This document shows, one piece after another, positions 51,283-61,985 of a stretch of DNA of 64,000 nucleotides; position 1 is the first letter of the stretch; each line of letters begins with the position of its first letter. The stretch comes from Fimbriosthenelais zetlandica (lineage: Eukaryota). The stretch spans positions 22,568,001 to 22,632,000 of the forward strand of contig OZ365114.1 of assembly GCA_977030845.1 (NCBI GenBank), in the 5' to 3' direction. A model generated the notes under the pieces. It searched no databases, was not told the DNA's origin, and was given only the letters and a program-made list of their open reading frames with translations. Position numbers and translations under genes: made by a program.

Positions 51283-51330
51283 ACCTGTGACAGGGGAACT
51301 CAACCCCTATATACCTCCCACATCACAGGC
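51283..51330 (-). mobile_element. tRNA-derived SINE head or tRNA pseudogene fragment (tRNA-Asp-like)
   Basis: Minus strand reads GCCTGTGATGTGGGAG-GTATATA-GGGGTTGAGTTCCCC. Recalled eukaryotic tRNA-Asp reads GCCTGTCACGCGGGAG-ACC-GGGGTTCGATTCCCC (13/16 and 12/15 identical; two changes are CpG-type). A 5-bp stem with 7-nt loop is retained like a T-arm. The 5' half is not recognisable. Confidence 0.4.
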
Positions 51331-51534
51331 AACTAAAATCTCCTACAGATTTATTTTAGCCTAGATATTTTCTGCCATACTAGTATATATCCCCTGGCTC
51401 CAATTTCAAAGATTTTAATGCCTGGGTCTATATAATTATACATGTAATGATCAGAATCCATGTCCAGTGTATACACTGTAACATGTCTTCAGGAGTTTGC
51501 TACCTCTTCAATAAACTCTTGATGGTTAATGTAT

Positions 51535-51564
51535 CTGGATCTCCAACACTGGATCTCCAACACT
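51535..51564. repeat. Perfect 14-bp tandem duplication
   Basis: CTGGATCTCCAACA twice, followed by CT. Confidence 0.9.
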
Positions 51565-52029
51565 ACACGCTCTTTCAAGTTGGGCATTTGTGATGATCAG
51601 TATAATCCAGGTGCCAGAACCTTCAGGCCCTCTTTGTTACCTATACTTTGATGGTCCTCAACAGGACCTTTATGTTCAGGAATGGATATATTATCTTTGG
51701 GAAATGGTTCTTTCATGGGGCTCTGAGAAAACAATGTTACGGTTTCTGTTAGAGGTAAGTGGTGCCTGAGGCCATAGTGTTGCCAGATCAAATTTCTGAA
51801 CATTCGCCTCTTCAAAGTCTAGATTCGTTTTATGCCATAGGGAAACTGTAGTTCTACTGTTTATTCCTAATATATAAAACACTCCATAAAGTTAATGCTC
51901 TGCAACATTAGATCCTAAATACCGTGAGTGGGCATGAAATACTATACTCTGTGCCAAAGAAATATGGAAATGGAGTTTTATGTCCAATAAATGTTGTATA
52001 AAACTTGAAGAGAAAAGATAAAGGCTATG

Positions 52030-52142
52030 CAGGGGCAAAGGCAGGATTTTCTGATGGGGGTAGAGCGTGAACCCAAGTCACGGGGTGTTTCGGGGTACAC
52101 CACTTACACACCTTCCACTTCTGGCTGATAGTCTACGTCCCA
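52030..52142 (+). mobile_element. Decayed CAGGGGCG-type MITE remnant abutting the LINE fragment
   Basis: Starts CAGGGGCAAAGGCAGGATTTTCTGATGGGGG, whose GATTTTCYGATKGGG segment recurs at 57332-57346. Ends CTACGTCCCA. Confidence 0.3.
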
Positions 52143-52169
52143 CACCTCTACCACTCCCAACAGGGTCAG

Positions 52170-52432
52170 CTTTTTCTAGACTTCCAGAAAGCATTTGACA
52201 CTATTAATCCGACCAACTCTTTAGCAAAGCTTACAATGATGACTTGGACGAGACCTCCTTAAATTGGTTCTGAATATATGTGCAACAGGTCTTATACACA
52301 CATTCTTTGCTAATGACACCTAAATATGTCACGACTAACATGAGTTCTGGCGTCCCACAGGGACTGATGTTAGGTCCAATACTGTGCCTAATTTATCTGA
52401 CGTCCTGGCAGTTGAAAATTCTAACATTATTT
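52170..52432 (+). mobile_element. Degraded non-LTR retrotransposon reverse transcriptase fragment (CR1/L2/Jockey group)
   Basis: RT blocks appear in the correct order across frameshifts and a stop: LFLDFQKAFDTIN..SLAKL, LDETSLNWF*, SSGVPQGLMLGPILCLIY, DVLAVENSNII. They match the FLDFxKAFDTV...GVPQGSxLGPxLFLIYINDL pattern. The fragment ends before the YADD motif. Confidence 0.85.
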
Positions 52433-52756
52433 CACCCCACCCCCATACTTGTATTCATCAATAACCCTAAAAGAGTATTGAGTACAAACATGTACACATG
52501 AGGGCATAGTGCACATCACTGTTTTGGAAGTATTTGTGGCAAGGCTGATCCCCTGGCTACGGCCCTGCTATGCCTCAGAAAAGCTGTCCATGGAGCTGCA
52601 AAACAAATGCTGCTAAATGCCCAAAGCTGAGGATGGACCACAATCTAAAAGGAAAACAATAGCATTAAAAATTAACATCTCTGTCACTGCTAATGTTGAT
52701 GGATGGAATGGACGCGTCGAATTCTGCTTCGGTTGAGAAAAGCTGAAAGGGCACAC

Positions 52757-52826
52757 CTCTCCCGGCAGTGATACGATGCAAAACCATCTTAGCTGTGACG
52801 GATGTGCAGAGTATCACTGCTGAGAG
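52757..52826 (+). ncRNA. Pre-miRNA-sized hairpin (candidate only)
   Basis: Perfect 10-bp core GCAGTGATAC/GTATCACTGC, extended to about 25 bp with bulges over 70 nt. Two G-U pairs favour the plus strand. No expression evidence. Confidence 0.2.
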
Positions 52827-55811
52827 CCACATGCCGGTCTTCTCTGTCTCTCTCCCAGGTCTTCCTGTCTTTCAAAATGTGCTCATAAACTAACAGGTTT
52901 TGTCAGTACTGCCTATAGCAATTTGTCGATATAAAATTTGGCAATATATTATATATGAGACACTGTAAAAAGACTTTATTGCTGGGGATTATATATACTC
53001 AGCATGAAAAAACCGCTTTTAAAAGGGAAGTGACCTTTACATTTTAAGTCTCCTTCCGACAGTACTACCACTCAACCTTCTCAAAGTCTAGACAATAACT
53101 TAACCACATCAAAGTATCTATATAAGGAAAAGAGTTATAGAAGCTTTAGCAAAGTTATCTGCCCAGCTGGGGTCTATTGCCTTAAAGGAATCCATTTGTC
53201 TATCTTCAATATACAGCAATTTGCATAAGCTGTGGGAGGAATATCTAGCCCATGTTGTGCAGCAGGAGTGAAGAGAATGCTTGGTGGTTTCTAGCTCGCA
53301 ACTGAGGAAATTGTCTACCGTCGCGAGTACAAATAATGGCAATAAACTGACAAAGCAACATACCCAAATTTCCCCTGGGGAAGAAAAGGCAATATCTAAC
53401 ATGTATAATATTAACACAGATGGTACAGGCCTGGTAGTCTGGCGAACTTTTTAAGTTGATAACATTTCCACTAAGATGACAAACAAACTTGTTCTCTCCA
53501 GTTATTGTATCAATTTTCAGCTTGACAAGTCTCTACGTAAGAACAATTGTCAAGACCTGCTCTTTATTTGGCAGCCATTACTATGGCAACATGTAGATGA
53601 CAGACATAGTTAGACTGTGCAGTCTATGCCTTTACAATTACCTCAGCTCCCAGCCGTGTAAATGTCTGCCCTCTTACAGGAGACCTCCACATGACCATGA
53701 TAATGGATGTCCCTCATCCTACCTAGCCATGTCAACCTTCAATAAAAGACTAGTATACCATTAGCAGCGATTGATGGATTTTAAAGGTTAAAGCTGGCCA
53801 TGGGCTTTCAGATTACCTAGCCAAATCAGAGTGACCACAATGAACTCCCTGGACGGCCTTCTAAGATGGACAGTCACATCCAGTCTGCCTGAGCTGGCTT
53901 GCGGGTCAGTGTACGCCTTACGACCCTCATGTCTTCCAGCCATCATTAATATAACCGCATGCAGAGAAAATGTTTTATTAAGCTATTAATGGCACGTTCT
54001 GATTGAGAATTCCTTATCTCCATGTAACCATGGGTCAAAATTTATGGCCTTGTCATCAGCTTGTCATTTGCACTTTACAACGAGCGGAATTCTTCACATA
54101 CCTTCTGAGAATCTAGACGAGCATTGCCAAAGGATTTAACACGGAACTGCATAGACCCAAAAAAGTTATTCGCGGTTCATCAATCACAAAACTGTCAATA
54201 AATGGTGGAGAGACTGTCGTGTGGTTTGCGTGCTTCAGTGATGGGGTTCATGCAGGGCTGCACCATTGACATTTACGTGGCCATCACATCCTGCCCCTGC
54301 GCATCAATCCTAGTTGGCCACTTCCTGCTTTTCATCCAATGCACCTGCAGGCCTCCAAAAATGGCAGCTGTAACCTGTTGAGGACCAGCAACTCCACTGT
54401 CTTTCAGACACATGCAACAAATCATAAGCTACTAATTGCGGAAGGTCTCTCTGTAGCGGGAAGGAGAGTGGTCACCAGAAATAAGACCATGCCTGTCCAT
54501 ATGGCCAGACCTCTGTGTCTTCTTTAACAATGTCACGACATTGACTGACATTGACTGAGGTGGACATGTTTTCAGGTAAATGGTAAATGTACAGGGTGTC
54601 AGATTCACTTCTAGTCACTGGAGAATCTGCTATCAATTTACATGAAGGCATGGCTGTGACAAACCGATGTTACCTTTGAATATTAATGACTATAGAATAA
54701 CAACAAAAGGAGCCAACAATGACCTAGGCTGTTGTCTTTTCGTTTCAACATTAATAGCTCATGAAGATAGCTCATATGATCAAAATCTAAGGAATATCTA
54801 AGAACCAATTAACTGGAGAATCATCTAATTTCCTACGGCCCCATCTCTATACAGAAAGGAAATAAAAGTAGGAGTAAAAGGGAGGTGGAAAAGGCAGTGG
54901 TTTAGATATAATGGACAGGCAGGCATCTGTTCCCTTCATGTATTTACCAAATGCTCAAACATTGATTGCTTTGCTAGGTTTCTGGAGGGGGAAGTGATCC
55001 CTTCCACTGGTATGGGATTGGAGTCAATGAAAAAAGGGAAACCTAGCACACCATCTGCTGGCCTGGCTGCAGTGATAGCAGTTAGCGAAATGTGACACCC
55101 AACTTATCTACAGCAAGTCAGGTCCCTCCCTACCTTGTATAGAAACTTTCTGCAATTTAAGCGCCACGATATATATAACTCTTATCTATATCATAAAAGT
55201 TTCACATATATGAGTTTCTACTTTGGTAATCTGCAATATAAGCTGATTACTTCTGGTTGTGATTTTAACTCCTTTGGACACTAATTGACTATACATCTTC
55301 ATAATGTCACCCACAACTATACACTCTTCTGTCTCATGGGGTGAACTTTATAATTATGACTATGATCTTCTTTATGTTCAGAGGCCTGCGTCCTTAGTAA
55401 TTTAATAAAAAAACACAGAAACAAAAAGCACGGAAGACTGCATTCCATAGTAGAAGGAATTCTTAATCCCTTGGATAGCCAAGAAAGTAAAAAAGACTTC
55501 ATGAGAGGAAGCACCAGGCTAGGATAAAAACTTCGAACTTACGGGAGCTGTAAGTGCTTAAAATCTGGGATTTCAGGACACGAAATATGGTAATAGAAAC
55601 ATGCCTTAGGATTAAATTTGAAACTCCATGACGCATGTAGCAGCTCTGCCTAAATAGATGACGACAGCGAAAGTAAGTGTGCATCGGTTGCGTGTACATC
55701 TGATATTTAAGGGTTCTTCCGTCCCTTCCCCTGGGGAATGACAGTTACAAATTCTGTTTCATCCCCGTGAACATATATGGAAATCCTGGCTCACTGCACG
55801 AGGATCAGTGT

Positions 55812-55848
55812 TGACAGATGAAGAATATGACATATTCCTCGTCTGTCA
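55812..55848. repeat. 37-bp quasi-palindrome (18-bp arms, 1-nt centre)
   Basis: TGACAGATGAAGAATATG-A-CATATTCCTCGTCTGTCA: 16/18 Watson-Crick pairs, one G-T pair and one mismatch. Confidence 0.85.
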
Positions 55849-57317
55849 CGTGGTACCTTTCTAGACAAATGAATACAGATCTCCCCGGGGACAGTATAAT
55901 GTACAGGACGGCCAGCATCAATGCACATCCTTTTCTACTCCTTGGATAGAATGTTTGGCTAAATTGAATAAAGTAAGGATCTAACTGACATGTGTGGTTC
56001 GCTGACATTTTCTCCCTCTATAATATTCCATCTGATAAGTATTTAAACACGCTTCTGATTAGCACAGGAAATTAGCGCCAGAGCAACAACCTTGATCAAT
56101 CAGTCCATGATATCAATATTACTGACTTCATCTCAGTATTAAGCCCTCGTGAGGATAATTTCTCTGTGGTGGCGGTGTCGACAGCTTTCTGCCTTTAATC
56201 ATCTATACCTGTCATGGATGGGACATATGTTTATAGATTTGCTGCAGACACAAGCATCCATCTCATGTAGACTCTTGGATTCATTAGTCTGGGGACCTCA
56301 CCTTTGGGTTGCCAGGCATACCCCTTGAGCTCATTATTTCCTTTCACCGCAAATGCAAGAGGTCCAATCCCGTACGAACAGGAACAGGCGAAAGGCGGTA
56401 GACAGATTCTTGATTCTGGATTCTGGATGGCCTTTGATCTTAAAGGCCTGCCTTCAGCGGGAGACATTGGACATTGGAAACTGATTGAAAGTGCTTCCCT
56501 TCGGTGGACACCTTATATGTACATATGCATGAGACTGCATTTCTTAAATGACGCCATTCCGCACTAATGTATATGGAGATGCCACACACTGACTAGATAG
56601 CTTTCGTGGCCTTGTTGTTGTGTTTGGCTACATTTTCCTGTTACTGTATGTAAGAGTGGTGTTACTCCATAGATTGACTTACAGCTTACCATGTCTGAAG
56701 CCCTGATTCCAGCCAGACTGACTGCCTTCCTGCCCAAGCCACTTACTTCTGAGGCATTGGCCAAGAACCAGAGGCACTGTCAAAGGTCATAATCATCAAC
56801 ACGGGTCAAAATCTTAACTCTGTGATGTTGGTTTTGCTTTTGCAATTAATACAACATACACATATGTATGACAATAGTTGACGTTCTGTTCTTAAAGAAA
56901 GGTATACATATACAAGTACAATAATTTATTTGTGACTGTCAGCATATTCATATACTTTTCCAATGAGATTCGACATCACTTACAACTCTGAACATCTCTC
57001 ATTTCGATTCCTAGGGATTCTACTTTCGAAAACGTAATGATATAGACAAAATAGCTTATTATTACTTACACCACTGCTTAGGAGATTTATCTTTTGGCCA
57101 ATCCCCACATCAAGAGTGTTGAACCGGGGAGGAATACAGATCTGTAAAAAAGAGAATTTAGAGACTCTTAGCTTGACCATGAGTAACCCCAGGCTTCTCT
57201 AGTATAGCCCTCCAGAGCCAAGGATAAGAGACTGGCCAATATTTTATTTTCTTCTTCCATCTAAGACCTGTTTTATTTCACCTTCTTTACTCCAATATAT
57301 ATTCTACGAGGAACAGA

Positions 57318-57350
57318 CAGCGGTGGATCAGAGATTTTCCGATTGGGAGT
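57318..57350 (+). mobile_element. Decayed CAGGGGCGGATCCAGG-type MITE left end
   Basis: CAGCGGTGGATCAGAGATTTTCCGATTGGG resembles 52030-52060. Confidence 0.25.
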
Positions 57351-58816
57351 CGGGGTGGGGGTTTCCTGGTATCTCACTTTGTGAAAAACAAAATCTATGG
57401 GGACAAGGAAAGGGGAAGTACCTAAAAATTATGGGTATTAGTACTTAATCTATTTACTGTGACCATCTGCCGATTGGCATTGAGTAGCAACCTGGCTACT
57501 AACGAAGTCTAAGCAGAATATGTAATGAAGCTAATTCTAGCAGCAAAGACAAATGAGTTGACAATTAGTTGAAAGTGTTTTGTTCACTTTGGTTGGACGG
57601 TCATTAGGAAGAGAAAGATTTAACATAATTATTATGTGAATCCTTTTTTTGTTATTCAGCTGAATGGATTAATTCCTTATCCCTAAGTATATATGGTGTG
57701 GTGTTATTCAGTATTTGTCTATCAATTTGAGTATCAATGCCTAAGACCTATGGAGCCGCGGAAAATTATCTCGAGGTATTAAGCTTCCGAATACGGTACC
57801 AAACTGTTCAATTCTCTTGCATTATATAACCCAAATGATATATCAGTTTTGTCTCATGAATAGGGCAGTACAATTTCATCTTTTGGATGAGGAAGGTTTG
57901 TTCAGACAATTTCGGCTGTTGAAGCTGCAGGTGGACTTATACTTTCATATGTGCACACCTGCCATGCAACAATTGGTGGTGGACGTCTATAATAGTGATG
58001 TACAGTTGTAGACAGTAAGATAAATAGAGGACAAGGGAACCTTTGAGACGTAACCAATGGGAGAGCCAACAAACAGCACAAAGTAGACAAATAGTCTATA
58101 GCTTCCTACAACGACATTCAGGGTCAGACTAGGACTGTGTAGTAGGTACTGTAGGGCTCTGTGTGTGGCAGGAAAACAGAAAAGCTGAAGCAAAGAAAGG
58201 AGCTTTAGTACATAGCACTACACCATATATTTTTTGTTTTCTCTTTCTTCGTTGAATAAAGAAGCCTGACTCGAGTGTTGAACACCTGGTGCATACTAAT
58301 ATGAACTCTGAAGTTGTATGAGTAGGCCATACTCATCGCTACCAGTATCTGTCATTCCTTGACGGAGTGAAATTAAATAGATGTCAGCACAGGGGCAAGG
58401 AACAGAGTGAAATGAAGGAAGGCATGTTAGTATGACAGATGAAAACAAGTGAAACAGATTCAAGTTTTGCCACAGGGGTGTATTATTACAGATGAGAGAA
58501 AATACACTTGCCAGGCTGTACAGCCACAGCTATTGATGTATGCTTGGATAGGCGAGCCATCACTGTAAAGAACGGAATATCACATATACATGTGTCTGGG
58601 GTCAGACAGTGGCTGGAGAAATATAGTGTTCAATACAGCTAAAGTATGTATAACCAACATAGGCATAAAAGATTCAGATACTGCGGATGATAATGTTTCC
58701 TGGACCTTTCGGACACTACTTATGGCCCTGTGCAAGGTTGGTGCCCTCTCCCAACAACCGTTTTTCTCTCGGATTTATGGCACAACAGAGACCAAGAATA
58801 GAGTTAGACATAAGCT

Positions 58817-58864
58817 ATAAGTTCTTTAATAAGTTTATACGGAAGTTATTTGATAAGTTTAAGT
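58817..58864. repeat. Degenerate 12-bp tandem repeat, four units (core AAGTT)
   Basis: ataagttcttta / ataagtttatac / ggaagttatttg / ataagtttaagt. Confidence 0.6.
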
Positions 58865-60329
58865 GTATATGTGTAAATGGGAGACTGCAGTTGGTTAGAT
58901 AGGGACGTGGGAGCTCACAATAATTTGGATAATATCCTTTAAGAATGCCTATGACTGGCATGGCTGTCCTAACATAAACCAATACTTTAGTTGCTTATCA
59001 TCTTGAAAAAAACTATGTAAGCAAATTAGCGGAAGCTTCGTTAGTCGGCTTGCTGATCCAGACAAACATTGCTTTCTAAGCATCATGCAACCATAAAAAA
59101 TGCAAAGGCTTAACATGTCCATAAAGAGGATAGACCAATATCCTTTTCTCTAGTTAGACAATCATTCCTCTCAGCATGATTCCCCGTTGTACTTGGTATA
59201 ATAGATTCCCGGGGTCTTATTATCTTAGGTATCTTACTGTAATGGGACGAGAATTGGCGATCAGTGATGACTCAATGACTAAAAATTATACAAAAATAAT
59301 GAACCAACAAAGTAGAAAAAGTAGACCTGTATGTATTTAAGTTCAAAACTACACAATTTCTCATCAAGAGCTATTCTTGGCCTCTTTGTCTAGACCAGTA
59401 CCAATTCCAGTGACTCAATTAATTAATCAGGCCCCCGAGAACAAACTACACCAGAACAAAAAGCAGTGTATCCAATTGACTGTGACATGGTACTGGAAAG
59501 AAAGGTTGCCTCTCAGTTGTACAGTAGCTTCAGGAAGAATAGACCAATTAATAAGTTTGTTTTAAACAAAAGCATCTTGGGCTCATTCTGGATGTTATAT
59601 GGGTATTTAGAGGCTTTTCAATTGTACTTTAAAACGACATAGCTATAAACTGAGACGTTGGGAAATAGGATAAAGACATAGAGAAAAAGCGTGGCTGATC
59701 TATATATCTGCATGGGGACTATGTTCTGTTAAAACAGAAAAGGGAAAATCGATTTAGCTCAGTTAGAGAGAGGGGGTTTACTTTTTCGCATGCATGTGTT
59801 TTAAGATATGGGAATAATTATTGCATATGGCCACAGGCAGCCTGTTCAGCACTACCCCAACACACTTTTTCTTCACTGCATCTGCGAAGATTTGCTCTGG
59901 CCAAAACGCAGATGTAATTAGTGTTATGATCCGATCCTGAACATAAAAAGAAACAATTCCTTTTTTCCTCCTCCTTTTCCCCGTCTTGCTGGATACCGAG
60001 CAGAGAGAACAACCCTGTGCAAACAATTTCATGGTAACCAAATCCTTCAACACCAAAAACCTTCTACTTGAAGCGGAAGTTAGCTCCTTGTTTTATTTTG
60101 CTGCAATATTCTTATGAATTATTGGTAAATTAATCAAACCATTGAGAGCGTGTACATTTACTCTGCCTGGTAAATTACCAGAAAAAAGCCTTTATGCTCT
60201 GGGGATCTTCATCCTTTTATTAAATTCTTTGCTGTCTCAGTAATGGCAGATTTTTTGACCTCCTTTGCCAAGATCATGGCAGGATCTCTAAACCAATGCC
60301 TGAATTTTGGCTTCCAGCCAGGAGGTAGT

Positions 60330-60342
60330 TGACCCTTGACCC
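60330..60342 (-). promoter_or_regulatory. DR1 nuclear receptor element
   Basis: GGGTCA-A-GGGTCA on the minus strand: two perfect RGGTCA half-sites spaced by 1 nt. Confidence 0.3.
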
Positions 60343-61918
60343 CCAACCCCATTCACTTAGAAAAGAGGGAGAGGAGGGGGTCTGATCCAACCCTATGCTA
60401 TCCCAAGGAAACAGGAGAATTTGAGGAATTTTGGGCCTTGAATGTAACATCACCCCCACGAAGGCTGGCTACAGGACTGGTGATTGTGAAATGGGACCTA
60501 AGAGATGTGAAATTCAACAGGCTAAGGGAGCAAATGGATGCATCATAGAGAGTGCAAAGAACCCTTTTTGCCAGCAAAAAGACAAATTCACTTTCTAGTA
60601 CTTCAAAGGTAGAACAGCCCGCTCTCATTGCTTGGTCACTCGCTTGGGGGCCAGCAATATCTCAACACTACATCAAGGAATCCAGTAAATACTTTAATCA
60701 TACATTGACACGACCATTCTCTCCTTTTCTTTAAGAGTCACGGCCTTTTAGTTCCACTATTCCAGCCTCCCTTTTCTCAATCCTCCAGCACCCCCTTGTG
60801 TGTTTAAAATTGATGTATGTTATTTCTTTTGAGGCAAAGGAATCTCTATCTCTGTCGAAAAGAAAGACATTCCTTTACATTTCAGGTTCAACAAACTACA
60901 TAAGTATTGCATTTATGCAGTCAAATGTGCTTACGTTCTCCATTTTCTATTGACAAACAGAGGAGATATAGCTATGAACTTCTTACATCTTAGAGATGTA
61001 TGCCCCAAGTGTACAGTTCTACATATAGCAACAAATCAGAATAAGAAACGTTAAAGTCCTTAGCTTTTCCATTTACAAGGACAAGTCCATGGAGAGTCGA
61101 TTAAATAAAGTCAAAAAGTAAACTCCCAGTAGTTGTAGGAAATGAAAAGAAAAGTAGGTGGGAAGCCCCAATGGCGTGCCATCCTGAGCACTGGCTCTGC
61201 TTATAAATACTACTAGATGTTGCACTATATACATAGTAAATTAAATTGAAGCTTTAATAGTGTAGAGAAAGCATTACTAGACAGGCAAGCTGGCAATTTG
61301 AATCAGTATGACATCCATCCCGCTTCTTAAAAGGTTACAGAAATCATAAAACACACAATCCAAAGATGGATTATTTAATGTTATTGCCTTTAAGCTTCCA
61401 TATCACCTCACATGTAGGGATTTAAATGTTAAATTTTGGATCCAAAACTGTTGATGGTCTTCCGCTGAGGAGATTAATGCAGGAGTAAAACATACTCCGA
61501 GAATAGTGCTAATATGTACATGTAACTGTGGGGTTTCAACCACCCGAGCTGGTACTGTCAGATCCTTGTTCATAACAGCCACCCCCAACCCAATGAGCTG
61601 ACTATGAAATTAATCTTCATTATTTATGCTTGCTTTGTCAGATTTTGCCGCCTCAACATTGAGCCCAGCAGGCCAGCCACAGAAGACTACTGCCTCCCTG
61701 CCTCCAATCATCTATATATCTCTTAATCCCCCAGGTGTACCTTTCTCAACATCACTGTGAGGTAGGTTGTCAAATCCATAAGAATAATCCAATCACTAAC
61801 CCCATACAATCAATCATAAACTGCAGCTTGCACAGTGAAAGAGTTTTCAGTTTTTGCTGGTGTGCTATGAATTATATAGTGAAATATAAGCATGCGGCAT
61901 ATTTCATCATGTAATGTA

Positions 61919-61985
61919 CATATTACGTTATGAAATGTAAGGGTGCTTCATATTACGTAATGTTATGTAAGGGTGCTACGTATTA
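61919..61985. repeat. 30-bp tandem duplication containing D-box (PAR-bZIP) motifs
   Basis: catattacgttatgaaatgtaagggtgctt / catattacgtaatgttatgtaagggtgcta (26/30 identical) plus a partial third unit. ATTACGTAAT at 61952-61961 and GTTATGTAAG at 61962-61971. Confidence 0.8.

Noticed and set aside
52763-52795. Calling the hairpin miR-34
   Set aside because: Sixteen extra bases split the match, the first base is C not U, and the 3' part would fall in the loop, so it is not an orthologue.
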